Positions 9,794-19,059 of a stretch of 64,000 bases of DNA are shown here, one piece after another. How positions within the stretch are numbered: the stretch's first letter is position 1; each line of letters begins with the position of its first letter. The stretch is from a virus (taxonomy: Duplodnaviria > Heunggongvirae > Uroviricota > Caudoviricetes). A program made the position numbers and the translations under genes. The notes below the pieces were generated by a model. That model was not told where the DNA came from, did not search any database, and saw only the letters and a program-made list of their open reading frames with translations. The stretch lies in IMG/VR virus record IMGVR_UViG_3300050145_000014; one strand, given 5' to 3'.

Positions 9794-10150
9794 TTACTTA
9801 ACGATAGTATATTGAATTTTCTTAACGGTCCTGTTTAGTGCGGTACCACCCACTCGCCGAGCAAAGCGTCGAGTAGGGTAGGCTGCAATAAAAGCCCCCG
9901 TCTCCTTATCAAGGATACCCCAAGCAAAATTACCTTGAGGCTTTTCTTTCTTCTGAGGTTTTACAGCAGCTTCCACAAGTTCTAGACGGAAGTCAAAAAC
10001 ACCACCGAAAGGAGGGTCTTCCCCAAGAAGGACAATCTCATCATCTCCTCCCCGGACGGGGTAGATAGCTTCACTGTCGTGACCATTGATTGCAGCATAC
10101 TCTCTATTCGCTGCATTATACCGAACCTTATCACCAACTTTAAACTTATA
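9794..10150 (-). CDS. hypothetical protein with N-terminal KFKVGDKV motif (start placed at MYKFKVGDKV)
   Basis: ORF 9794..10192; a member of the recurring N-terminal motif family. Confidence 0.5.
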   Translation of the reverse strand, partial: YKFKVGDKVRYNAANREYAAINGHDSEAIYPVRGGDDEIVLLGEDPPFGGVFDFRLELVEAAVKPQKKEKPQGNFAWGILDKETGAFIAAYPTRRFARRVGGTALNRTVKKIQYTIVK

Positions 10151-10340
10151 CATACTAACCTTTCTTAAAAGAACATAACGATACCAAGGCACATTAGGAA
10201 TGCAGCTAGGCTAGACAAGAATCCCTTCGCAATAGAAACAAGCATAGGCTTTCTCTGATTCTTTTCAACTGACTTTGCACCTTTATAAATTACATATAGA
10301 CTGCAAAGGATCAGAAAATATGACAGGAAGATTTTAATCA

Positions 10341-10652
10341 TTAATCACCTTTCGCTTTGAACTCTTCAATGAGAGATTTCACCCAGGTAACTCTACCCTT
10401 ATAGGCATCCTCAACAAGAGTGTCTTTTGATACTGACAAGTCGTAGATTCCTGGGTGGGTTTTCTTTACCCACCCGCGATAAGTGAATTCTCCCTCAAGA
10501 CGGTCCCGAATTAGATTTGTGAGTTCTTTTACTTTTTCAGGGTTTTCTTTATAGGCTTGTACTGCTAGACAAATAAATGCGAGACATGGGCGGGTATTCC
10601 CCAAACGCTCTAGAGCAAACTCTAGGATCTCTGAAGATTTCTTTAGACTCAT
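10341..10652 (-). CDS. hypothetical protein (103 aa)
   Basis: ORF with an in-frame stop two codons upstream of its ATG. Confidence 0.45.
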   Translation of the reverse strand: MSLKKSSEILEFALERLGNTRPCLAFICLAVQAYKENPEKVKELTNLIRDRLEGEFTYRGWVKKTHPGIYDLSVSKDTLVEDAYKGRVTWVKSLIEEFKAKGD

Positions 10653-10782
10653 TGATTATACTCCCTTGTTGAGCAACAAAAAAAAACTCCAGGCCAATCA
10701 TGGCTGCAATCTCAGGGATATTGTCAGAGTTGGACTTCACGACCAGAACACGATCACCAATCTTAAAGTCTGTCATACTCAC
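10549..10782 (-). CDS. small ORF with N-terminal MTDFKIGDRV motif, reading through an A9/T9 homopolymer (10678-10686)
   Basis: Overlaps the downstream gene by 104 nt in another frame; its true 3' end is uncertain. Confidence 0.3.
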   Translation of the reverse strand: MSMTDFKIGDRVLVVKSNSDNIPEIAAMIGLEFFFVAQQGSIINESKEIFRDPRVCSRAFGEYPPMSRIYLSSSTSL

Positions 10783-10785
10783 CCC

Positions 10786-11736
10786 TTAAGCAGTCAGTTC
10801 AGAAAAGGCCTGAACCTTAATATCTGCACCCTTGCCAAATTCACTGCTGTTGAATTGGCTACTACGATCACCACGACCTGTGCCATGAGTTTGCATCTCA
10901 GTCACAGCATTCAGGAGACCCCACTTAGTACCATGAGAAAACTCAGCGCCAGCGCCATTCTTATAGAAGTGCATCAAGGCGTCAAATTGACGAACAATAC
11001 CAATCTTCGTAGTGTCTTCGTTCTTAGGGTTAACTAGTCGCATAAAGAAACTCTTTGCTTCCTCTTCAGCAACCTTCTCATCAACCAGCTTACGAGTATT
11101 CTGGATGAAGTTTTCCCAACCAGCATCAATCAGTCCCATATCGACCTTGAATTCTTGAGGGTCAAAAGCACTACGGTGAGTCTTGCGAACCTTTGCACCA
11201 CCTTGAAGGGCAATACCAAGGGTGTTATTGCACACAACACGGGTACTGGTGAACTTCGCTTGAGTGCTCAGAGTGCCATCAGCGGAAGTAGTCAGCAACA
11301 GGAAACCTTCAACCTTATCACCTTGGACAACTTCAAAAGACTTACCCATTTCAGCAGTTGCCCAGAAACGGCGGCCACCAAACAGAGTACCTGCAGCAGA
11401 CAGCTTCATGCTGTTGTTCTCGGTGAACTCTCGAAAGAATTCCAGAACTTCACGCGGTTGCACAACGTGGTAGTCTTCCGATACAACAGACAGGACATCT
11501 TCAGTATCAGAACGATACAGCACCTTGCGTGTAGGATCAGAGCGCAGCCCGTTTGCAGTGTTGAAGTTCACAGAGCTTTCGCTGATATCCCAATCCATGC
11601 CTGCGGCAGTCTGCCATTGTTCAATGCTTTGACCTTCAGGAAGGTATTGACCAAGACGGTGCCAAACAGCTTGGCGTTCGCCCAGAGCAGCGAATTCAAT
11701 GAAGCCATTCATGCGTGCAGTCAGTTGGTGAGCCAT
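10786..11736 (-). CDS. hypothetical protein, possibly DUF932-like (phage/plasmid-related family)
   Basis: 316-aa ORF; the family assignment is by recollection of its size and N-terminal pattern only. Confidence 0.4.
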   Translation of the reverse strand: MAHQLTARMNGFIEFAALGERQAVWHRLGQYLPEGQSIEQWQTAAGMDWDISESSVNFNTANGLRSDPTRKVLYRSDTEDVLSVVSEDYHVVQPREVLEFFREFTENNSMKLSAAGTLFGGRRFWATAEMGKSFEVVQGDKVEGFLLLTTSADGTLSTQAKFTSTRVVCNNTLGIALQGGAKVRKTHRSAFDPQEFKVDMGLIDAGWENFIQNTRKLVDEKVAEEEAKSFFMRLVNPKNEDTTKIGIVRQFDALMHFYKNGAGAEFSHGTKWGLLNAVTEMQTHGTGRGDRSSQFNSSEFGKGADIKVQAFSELTA

Positions 11737-11863
11737 GTTGTGTTCCTTTGTTGATGCGATGAATGAACTATAGGTGATGTTTGAAGAGGTGTCAAGAGGG
11801 TCAAACTGTTTGTTGTTAGACTACAACGCTCTTCCTCTTTGTACCCTCTCCCATTCCACAAGT

Positions 11864-12154
11864 TTAAGCAGTCAAGTCACGGATCTTGTCAGCAGCCTTC
11901 AGGGCTCGATTAGCCTCTGTGACTTGCTCAATTGCTTGACGTTCCAGTCGTGCAGCAGTTGCACGAGAGAAATCAGCAGCAGTTTGATTTTCCTTAGCTA
12001 CCTGTTCCAGTTGGGTAACCATCTTCCCAAAAGACGACAGGATACCGTCTACAGTAGGCTTAGAAAAAGAGGTGTCGATAGACGAGAGAATAGACTTGAT
12101 CATATTACCTTTCAGGGTTTTAAGTATTGTCTGCTTTAGCTGCATACCACTCAA
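11864..12154 (-). CDS. hypothetical coiled-coil protein (96 aa)
   Basis: ORF in the track. Confidence 0.4.
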   Translation of the reverse strand: MSGMQLKQTILKTLKGNMIKSILSSIDTSFSKPTVDGILSSFGKMVTQLEQVAKENQTAADFSRATAARLERQAIEQVTEANRALKAADKIRDLTA

Positions 12155-12261
12155 GAAAATTAACTAGGAGTATTACAGAGATAACAGCTAAAGGAATGAA
12201 ATTGAAATCAATTAAGGTAATGATAGAGACAGTTGCAACTATCATTACCCAGAGGTAAACG

Positions 12262-13068
12262 TCAGGCGAGAGAAATCTTGAGGCCATTTGCACGAACACT
12301 TAGAATTTTGTCGATATGCAAATTACGGTAATCCTTCTTTTGATTATCGTACATAGTAATATTATTTCCCCAGATGGATTTATACCGCCCACTCAGGGTT
12401 CGTTCAGTACCATCCTTCTTGATGAAGGTCACAGACACAAAAGAACCTTTTGAGTTCTTTAGAATCTCTGCCATCTGGCGACTTGCCTTGTTGACAGGGA
12501 TATCCCAATCCGGCTTAGTTTCAGGAGGGTTAACCTTTACAGTTGGGATCTCTTGTCGAGTATCTTGAACCAGTTCCAGATCTTCAGTCTTGGCACACCA
12601 ATCTTCTTGGCCTGGGAAGATTACATAAAAGTCAACGTAAGAGGTCAAACCTTCATCACGACGATGGATGTTCAAAAGAGCTTCAAAAGTGTCATCAAAA
12701 GTGCCATCACCAATTGCTACAACCCGTCCAATATCCCCTTTCAAAACCCCGTCCCGCCCAAAAACTGGATGCTCAGCTTCCATACGGACAATATCCCCAA
12801 TCTTAAAGGCCGGATCAGCAGGTTTAGAAACTTCCTGCACCTTTTCAAAACGGCTGTCATACCAACCACCGATATGTGGATATGTGTAGATCATCTCCTC
12901 GCCGTCATTGACGCAAGGAACGACCTTGGTGACAGTCAAGGTCGTCTCGTAGGTAACACCAGTCAGCCCACTGTGGGAGAGGTTTTTGTCTTGATCTTGT
13001 GAGAAGAACTGACTCTTCTTCCACCTGATCTTATCACCAACCTTGAAACCTTCAGACTTTGTAGACAT
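12262..13068 (-). CDS. hypothetical protein with two copies of the (F)K(V/I)GD(K/I)V motif
   Basis: MSTKSEGFKVGDKIRW at the N-terminus and an internal PAFKIGDIVRM. Confidence 0.5.
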   Translation of the reverse strand: MSTKSEGFKVGDKIRWKKSQFFSQDQDKNLSHSGLTGVTYETTLTVTKVVPCVNDGEEMIYTYPHIGGWYDSRFEKVQEVSKPADPAFKIGDIVRMEAEHPVFGRDGVLKGDIGRVVAIGDGTFDDTFEALLNIHRRDEGLTSYVDFYVIFPGQEDWCAKTEDLELVQDTRQEIPTVKVNPPETKPDWDIPVNKASRQMAEILKNSKGSFVSVTFIKKDGTERTLSGRYKSIWGNNITMYDNQKKDYRNLHIDKILSVRANGLKISLA

Positions 13069-13100
13069 AACTTTCCTTTCGTTGATTTGATGTAGAGACT

Positions 13101-13388
13101 TTAACTGACTTCTTCAGGGCTGTCAAGATATTCAGAAGATTCTTGGCCTTCGGTGTAGACAAACGCTGCGTATTGTAGTGAATTTCCAACACCTTGGCTT
13201 TCCCAGAGAGGCTTCCCGTTCTTATCCCATCGTGACCCATCCTGTGCAATATAGGGGCAAGCTTCACCATCTTTACATTCACAGATCAGGAATAGTTGAT
13301 CATTTCCATTCACAAACATCCTACCAACGTACAGTTTAGTAAAACTTTTACGGGAGAAATTAACTTTCTTAACAAGGGGCTCAGACAT
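13101..13388 (-). CDS. hypothetical protein (95 aa)
   Basis: ORF with the RBS AGGGAGG a few nt upstream of its ATG. Confidence 0.45.
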   Translation of the reverse strand: MSEPLVKKVNFSRKSFTKLYVGRMFVNGNDQLFLICECKDGEACPYIAQDGSRWDKNGKPLWESQGVGNSLQYAAFVYTEGQESSEYLDSPEEVS

Positions 13389-13546
13389 ATTTATTCCTCC
13401 CTAATTGGGTAGTATTTGATTTCTTTCTTCTTATCACGATGCTTACCGGCCTTTTTCGTAATCGCAATTACAACAAAAGGGTTACGGTCTTTCTTTGTCT
13501 TGATTTTAATCTTTAGGTTTTTCATTTAGATATCCTTAAGCAGAGT

Positions 13547-13954
13547 TTAAAACTCCATGGAGAGATGCAAAGCTTGAGTGTCGTACTTTACACCAGGCTT
13601 GGATGGGAGATACGATACCCGAAAAGGGGTATTAGGGACCTTATAACTGAAAACAATCATAGGCTCCCCAAGCTTGTACTCTGAAAACATAAGGCCAGCA
13701 AGACAATCAATTTGACCTAGAAGCTTTACAGTGGCTCCTGCATAAACTACCCCACGAGCCCCTGAATTTTCATAAGCTCCTACGGTAAAATCTTTTGTAG
13801 AGATGTAGATACCGAGGTTGACCTCTTTAAAATCCTTTTCACGGTTCATGTGATAGGTTCCGAGATGCACCCCATAGGTAACTTCTTCAGCTTTGCAAGG
13901 CTTACAGGCGGAAATCATGAAACCTGCAGCTATACAGATAAGAATCTTTTTCAT
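13547..13954 (-). CDS. small secreted outer-membrane beta-barrel-like protein (Ail/Lom/PagL-like candidate)
   Basis: Signal peptide MKKILICIAAGFMISAC, alternating amphipathic strands, and a C-terminal aromatic-x-Phe (HLSMEF). Confidence 0.45.
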   Translation of the reverse strand: MKKILICIAAGFMISACKPCKAEEVTYGVHLGTYHMNREKDFKEVNLGIYISTKDFTVGAYENSGARGVVYAGATVKLLGQIDCLAGLMFSEYKLGEPMIVFSYKVPNTPFRVSYLPSKPGVKYDTQALHLSMEF

Positions 13955-14066
13955 ATTAGTACTCCTGAGTAGTCGGAAATCGCTCATCCAAGAACATGCG
14001 ATAGATCATAAAATCTCCTTTGAATCAATGACTGAACTTTAGCAAAGCCTCAAGAGTCTGTCAAGT

Positions 14067-14525
14067 CTAGTAGAACCAATGACGGCCTATCTTTACCTTT
14101 GGCATAGTCTTAGCCCAAAGGTGCTGCACAGTGTTGAAGTACAAGGCACCAGGAACACCCTTAATTGGGCTTAGGTTACCTTTGTACGCATGGTAAGCTA
14201 TGAAGCTAGCCTCATGCCATGCAAGTTGATCTAGGGGTTGTTTAGAAGGGTCTCTACCCTGTAGTAGATTTGCAACATCTTGACCCCCTTTTGCATACCA
14301 AGGGAATTGCATATGTTGGCTGATTACTTTACAAACCTTATCGGGATAGTTTTTATGCTTTGAACGGTTCAGAATAACCAATGCGATAGCCTTCTTTCCT
14401 TGAAGGCTTTCACCTCTAGCCTCTTTATAAACCGCTGTTGTCAGACAGTTGACTTCTTTCCAGTCTGTTGCAAAAGATGAACTAAATGTAAGACTTAATA
14501 GAAATGTCGTTAGAAATTTTTTCAT
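14067..14525 (-). CDS. SleB/CwlJ-family cell-wall hydrolase with signal peptide
   Basis: MKKFLTTFLLSLTFSSSFA signal peptide followed by the Hydrolase_2 hallmark AVYKEARGES. Confidence 0.7.
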   Translation of the reverse strand: MKKFLTTFLLSLTFSSSFATDWKEVNCLTTAVYKEARGESLQGKKAIALVILNRSKHKNYPDKVCKVISQHMQFPWYAKGGQDVANLLQGRDPSKQPLDQLAWHEASFIAYHAYKGNLSPIKGVPGALYFNTVQHLWAKTMPKVKIGRHWFY

Positions 14526-14880
14526 ATTTACAAATAGAAAAAGACCCTCTATCAACAGCCTGGTATACAAAAGATGGTGACTAGCCAAAAATACTGTTTC
14601 AGGATTTAAAGGATCGTTGGACTTTAATTGAATGATCTTTTAAATTTAAACTTTGATACCTTGAGTACTGATCTTTGACTTTTGATCGTTAAACTTTGAG
14701 ATTGTATGTGTTTGCATAAACCTTGCAAGTTTGCCTTCCGGCGTTCGATTATAAATTCGAAGTTCATTACCTTATGGTAAAAAGTTGCTAGCTTTAAGGT
14801 CACCTAGCACTGACCAGTCAATTTCTTTTGTTCGCTGATAGAAGGTCTTTTATTTAAAACTTTATCGCTAGTCTAATTTC

Positions 14881-15372
14881 TTAGACGGTAATTGTAGTAC
14901 GAGCATTAGACTCGGACAGAACGAAGTCTAATTCAGACTTCAGTGAAGTAATCTTTTCTTGAATCTTTTCGATCTTTTCATCAATCTTGCAAGGGTCAAA
15001 AACAGATTGTTCCTTCGCGTCACGTTGAGGCTTGGCAATAGCTTCCACATCAGATTCTGCCACCTTGGTCTTATCCTTGGCATAAACAGAAAGTAGCAGA
15101 GCATTGATCTGACTTTCCAGTTCAGAGTTTGCCTTGTCAACCATATTAACAGCCTGTGTCCGTTGACTACGAAGGGTATTCACAAAAGTTTCATAGAAAC
15201 CTACAGTACCCTTCATTTCAATCAACTGGGCTACAGTATATTCTACGTCGCCCAGCTTTGCGAAGGTAGTTGCGTTGCTTTGAATCACAGCACCTTTCAG
15301 CTTTTGACGGTATTCAATGAGACTTTCAACCTTATCAAAACTGCCCTTGACAATGGCTTCAGCGTCAGTCAA
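14881..15372 (-). CDS. hypothetical protein (163 aa)
   Basis: ORF in the track. Confidence 0.45.
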   Translation of the reverse strand: MTDAEAIVKGSFDKVESLIEYRQKLKGAVIQSNATTFAKLGDVEYTVAQLIEMKGTVGFYETFVNTLRSQRTQAVNMVDKANSELESQINALLLSVYAKDKTKVAESDVEAIAKPQRDAKEQSVFDPCKIDEKIEKIQEKITSLKSELDFVLSESNARTTITV

Positions 15373-15503
15373 CGAAGTCTTCGTTGCGTCAGATATGGTC
15401 TTTTGAGTATCACGACCAGGGCACGAGTAATAGAGATTGTCTTAGATTGAGTCATGAGGTTCCTTTTCAGATGAATTTGAAGTATTGCAGAACTATTGCA
15501 GTA

Positions 15504-16022
15504 TTATAGGGCTTCGTTTGGAATTTGACAGATAACTTTAGGGCCGCACCAGCTGTTCGGACCCTCTGCAGCTTCTTTATTTTCGTATTTTTGAGAGGTC
15601 ACAAAAAGTGTCTTTTGCCCTGGATACCTCATTACAAAGAAAAACTTCTCCACTACCTTTTCCAGGGCAATACGGTATTTTGCTGATGTGTGGAAGATAC
15701 TGAAGTTCTGACTAGTATCCAACAGGCACCAATCTCGTCCAGGGAATTGAACCTCTATAGCCTTATCATCCAATAAGGCTTGCAAAAGTTGATTGAAAGT
15801 CAGAAATTCTTCAGGGACTGCTTGAATAGACTGCTGAGTAAACCAATACAACCCATGGAAAGCCTTAGACACCTTCGCTTCTGGGACATCAAGACCATAG
15901 ACGTAAGGATTATCAACAATCTCTTTGATGGTAAAAATATCTCCAATTTTAACTCCTGGGAGATTACCTGGATTATTTACAATCTGGATTTTTTGACCAA
16001 CTTTGAATCCTAGACCTGACAT
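15504..16022 (-). CDS. hypothetical protein with a duplicated FKVGQKI / VKIGDIF motif
   Basis: MSGLGFKVGQKIQIV...GVKIGDIFTIK. Confidence 0.5.
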   Translation of the reverse strand: MSGLGFKVGQKIQIVNNPGNLPGVKIGDIFTIKEIVDNPYVYGLDVPEAKVSKAFHGLYWFTQQSIQAVPEEFLTFNQLLQALLDDKAIEVQFPGRDWCLLDTSQNFSIFHTSAKYRIALEKVVEKFFFVMRYPGQKTLFVTSQKYENKEAAEGPNSWCGPKVICQIPNEAL

Positions 16023-16025
16023 AGT

Positions 16026-16229
16026 TTACTCCAATTCTTGGCGTTTAGCCTTACGTTGAAATGTAAAATCCTTACCCTTGATGCGTTTCTTATCCTTGGG
16101 TTCGGGATTCCATTCTTGAGACTTCTTAGATTTCTTCGGGAACTTCTGAACACCAAAGCATTCGTCAGAGACTTGCATATCTTCGTAAGATGAGTTCATA
16201 TAAGTTTTAACTACCTGTGTATTCAACAT
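16026..16229 (-). CDS. lysine-rich small protein
   Basis: ORF in the track. Confidence 0.3.
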   Translation of the reverse strand: MLNTQVVKTYMNSSYEDMQVSDECFGVQKFPKKSKKSQEWNPEPKDKKRIKGKDFTFQRKAKRQELE

Positions 16230-16389
16230 GCTGTAAGTTTAGTTCCATTCTTCCTGTGCGTCAAGGCCTTCTGAAGAGAAATTTCTTGACTTTCGGTATT
16301 GTTGTTTTGATACAACATCTTGTACTTCTTTTTCTACCCCGTAGTTTTCCCAATAGTCGTCATCTTCGATTGACCAGTCCTCTGTATTT

Positions 16390-16608
16390 TTATTTTGCTT
16401 CATTCTCAACCTTTTCTGCATATTCCCACCCCCATCCATTATAGACAATACCGACTGGGTGTCTATACTGAATAAAATTCCCTGGGCCTTTCCCCACGAG
16501 TTGGTAAATTGTCCGAGGGGCATTAAGGTATTTGAAATATGTACCTACTTCAAATTCTTGAACTTGGTGAAATGTCCTCATATCTTCAATATCAAATTGG
16601 TTAATCAT
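16390..16608 (-). CDS. hypothetical small protein
   Basis: ORF whose start overlaps the upstream stop. Confidence 0.35.
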   Translation of the reverse strand: MINQFDIEDMRTFHQVQEFEVGTYFKYLNAPRTIYQLVGKGPGNFIQYRHPVGIVYNGWGWEYAEKVENEAK

Positions 16609-16993
16609 ACTTCTGTTTCCTTATCTTTTTCATAGGGATTTTCTTTAGATGCCTTAGCAAAGCTGGGGATGCCTTAGCCTTTACAGAAAGATTATGAGAG
16701 GTCATTTGCATTTCTTTTGTAATTGGATTTTTCCAAAGGTGAGGGATATTCTCTCTCAAAGCGAAAGATACAAGGTTAGGGATGGTAATCCCACGACCCA
16801 TCTCTAACTCATTCCAGATAGTCTCTTGCATAATATCAAGGAAGTCCTGGAACTCATAGACAAAGTACGCATGTTGAGAGAACTCATACATTTTCTGTGC
16901 CAGGGATCGCTTTCCAAGTCTTTTAAGAGTTGTTCGCTTTTGGCCTGGAAACTTTAAACCTGTATTATCTCTCCGTGTGATGATCTCCGACAT
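16601..16993 (-). CDS. hypothetical protein (130 aa)
   Basis: ORF in the track. Confidence 0.4.
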   Translation of the reverse strand: MSEIITRRDNTGLKFPGQKRTTLKRLGKRSLAQKMYEFSQHAYFVYEFQDFLDIMQETIWNELEMGRGITIPNLVSFALRENIPHLWKNPITKEMQMTSHNLSVKAKASPALLRHLKKIPMKKIRKQKYD

Positions 16994-17528
16994 AAAGTGG
17001 GCGGCCTTCCATAAAAGTTACAATCTGGTCTTCTGCAAGAAACCGGTGATCTTGGTAGATGTTATATACGTTGTCTAGACCTACGTCAAGAATTTTACCT
17101 TGACCCTGGAAACTCCCGTGAGAATGTCCATGAAGCATAAAACTCCCGTAGTGCTGACGATTCCAAATTGTCATCGGATAATGACTCATACAAACCTTCG
17201 TGTCACCAATCTTGATTTCCTTATAGTGTCCATAAGACTCGATAAGGCCATCACGGAGAAGTCTTTTAAAATTATCTTCTTTATCGTGATTCCCCATGAT
17301 AAAGTGTTTTCGACCTTTTAGGTTGCGGATAATCCCAGTGAGTACATCATAGGCAGCAGAGAAACAAAAGTCTCCGAGGTGATAAATGTCATCATGTTCG
17401 GATACTTCCGAATTCCATAGATCAGTAACCCAAGCATCATGTTTCTCCGATGTAGTGAAAAGATTTCGATTAGTGAAACTGCAAATGTTCTTGTGCCGAA
17501 AGTGCAAATCCGAGGTGACCTTCTTCAT
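16965..17528 (-). CDS. calcineurin-like metallophosphoesterase (start placed at MKKVTSDL)
   Basis: GNHD (HFIMGNHDKED), GDFCF and HGHSHG metallophosphatase motifs; a 4-nt ATGA overlap with the upstream gene. Confidence 0.7.
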   Translation of the reverse strand: MKKVTSDLHFRHKNICSFTNRNLFTTSEKHDAWVTDLWNSEVSEHDDIYHLGDFCFSAAYDVLTGIIRNLKGRKHFIMGNHDKEDNFKRLLRDGLIESYGHYKEIKIGDTKVCMSHYPMTIWNRQHYGSFMLHGHSHGSFQGQGKILDVGLDNVYNIYQDHRFLAEDQIVTFMEGRPLYVGDHHTER

Positions 17529-18109
17529 TCTAAACTTTCTAAAAAGGCCCGTCGTTCTTGATCTGAGAGGGCTTGCCACTCACTGATAGTACAACGGTTT
17601 TGAATCTTGAAGACTGCATCATGCCACATGGAAGGGAGCTTGTCAAGAGTCTTTTGAGGGTTACTAAACATAACAGATGTGTTGTTATTTGTCATGCGCA
17701 TAAGCTTTTTCTTGCCAACATAGTAGTCAGTCTTGAATTTTGCTGGTGAAAGGTAATCTAGATCTGTACTCATCCAAGCCATAAAGCCCTCACCACGGTC
17801 AGTTTTCTGGAGGTTAATCAATGACTGGATTGTACCGAGCTGGTATTGAATAGGGTGGTATTCACCTGTTGCCTTGCAGCGATAACCAAGATGAATTGCT
17901 CGTGGGGAATCTTCGTCTACAATATGCGGATCATCTTCATGGATAATCTCAAACAAGTCTGTATAATGTGCAGAAAAATCATTCACAATACTGGGGGTGT
18001 GCAACGTCAATGTACTGCGCGGCCATTGATACATATTGAGAGGTTGTAGTTCCTGTCGTACTGATGATACGTCGGCCTTGATGCATTGTTGCAGCAGCCA
18101 TGAAGCCAT
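17525..18109 (-). CDS. Rnl2-like RNA ligase, C-terminal portion (motif IV-like EGFMAW, Lys-rich motif V-like region)
   Basis: Continues the ligase fold begun in 17979..18425 but in another frame; a stop lies just upstream of its Met. Confidence 0.4.
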   Translation of the reverse strand: MASWLLQQCIKADVSSVRQELQPLNMYQWPRSTLTLHTPSIVNDFSAHYTDLFEIIHEDDPHIVDEDSPRAIHLGYRCKATGEYHPIQYQLGTIQSLINLQKTDRGEGFMAWMSTDLDYLSPAKFKTDYYVGKKKLMRMTNNNTSVMFSNPQKTLDKLPSMWHDAVFKIQNRCTISEWQALSDQERRAFLESLE

Positions 18110-18425
18110 TGTATTTCTTCATGTAACGCACAGGGGTATCAAGAGGTAAACCTTGCCAATGACCGTTTTCAAGATAATTGAAAGACTTTCGTGGAGGAGC
18201 TTGGACAAGTTCACCAGTAGCAAGAGAATATACATGACCACGACATTCCAAAGTCTCAGGGTATTTATTCCAGAGGTTATCAAACATCACCTTACGATGA
18301 TACTTATAGGTTACAAGTCCCTGAGCATCATCAACTTTACGGATTGCCAAACCTTGCGAGACTAGGGACTCTTGTTGGTCAAAAGTCAGTAATGTGTTCA
18401 TAGAGTTTCCTTTGTGCCTGTCCAA
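17979..18425 (-). CDS. Rnl2-like RNA ligase, N-terminal portion
   Basis: KSFNYLENGHW...VRYMKKYNGF parallels the T4 Rnl2 N-terminus KKYSSLENHY...EKIHGTNF, including a KxNG-type motif I; the ORF ends 130 nt inside the next ORF. Confidence 0.45.
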   Translation of the reverse strand: MDRHKGNSMNTLLTFDQQESLVSQGLAIRKVDDAQGLVTYKYHRKVMFDNLWNKYPETLECRGHVYSLATGELVQAPPRKSFNYLENGHWQGLPLDTPVRYMKKYNGFMAAATMHQGRRIISTTGTTTSQYVSMAAQYIDVAHPQYCE

Positions 18426-18613
18426 TCATCTGGATCATATAGGATAGAGTCCAGTTTGTCAATAGGAATTTCAACCTTATAGCGTCCTCCTGGATCGTTT
18501 AACACAGCAATCAGGGACTCACCCTTAGACCGTGATGCAATGAATACCTGCATTTCTCCAAACTTGAAAGAGCCTGCATTTTCACGACCTTTAAGGATTG
18601 TAGGTTTTGACAT
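18398..18613 (-). CDS. hypothetical small protein
   Basis: ORF in the track. Confidence 0.3.
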   Translation of the reverse strand: MSKPTILKGRENAGSFKFGEMQVFIASRSKGESLIAVLNDPGGRYKVEIPIDKLDSILYDPDDWTGTKETL

Positions 18614-18651
18614 ATTATTCCTAACTTTAACGGACTTGTTGTTTGGGAAGG

Positions 18652-19041
18652 TTAGACTTTATTCTTAATCAATGCAGCTTCTACAATTGCTTTAATGTAT
18701 TCACCAATGCAGTCAAATCCTTGAGATCCCTCAGGTAAAAGATCAACAGCGTAGGTATCTAGGATACACTCTGCACAATAAAGCTCTTCGTCGGAGTCTT
18801 TTAGATTTTCTTGTTTGCTAGGTTTATCCTGGCTGGCGGAGGCTTGGCATTCCCTGCAGCATTCGTGCCGGTCCATTGTGGCGCGCTCACGATGCAGGGT
18901 GCACACATACTCACCAGCCACACCCGCAGAACTGCCTAGGCATGTGTCAGTGTCGTCATACTCATTGTGCCATCCGGGATTGGTTTCGATTGTTTGCAGC
19001 GCCTCGTGCAGCAGTTGGGTTTCGGTGGTGATGGTGCTCAT
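18652..19041 (-). CDS. Cys-rich hypothetical protein in a locally GC-rich patch
   Basis: CxxC-type pairs (ECCRECQ, YCAECI); local GC well above the neighbouring sequence. Confidence 0.45.
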   Translation of the reverse strand: MSTITTETQLLHEALQTIETNPGWHNEYDDTDTCLGSSAGVAGEYVCTLHRERATMDRHECCRECQASASQDKPSKQENLKDSDEELYCAECILDTYAVDLLPEGSQGFDCIGEYIKAIVEAALIKNKV

Positions 19042-19059
19042 GATGTCTCCTTTGTTAAC

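Noticed and set aside
10341-10782. Fusion of the MTDFKIGDRV ORF with the 103-aa ORF by slippage at the A9 run
   Set aside because: After a 1-nt shift at the homopolymer the reading frame hits a TAA (10656-58) before reaching the downstream ATG, so a fusion product cannot be made
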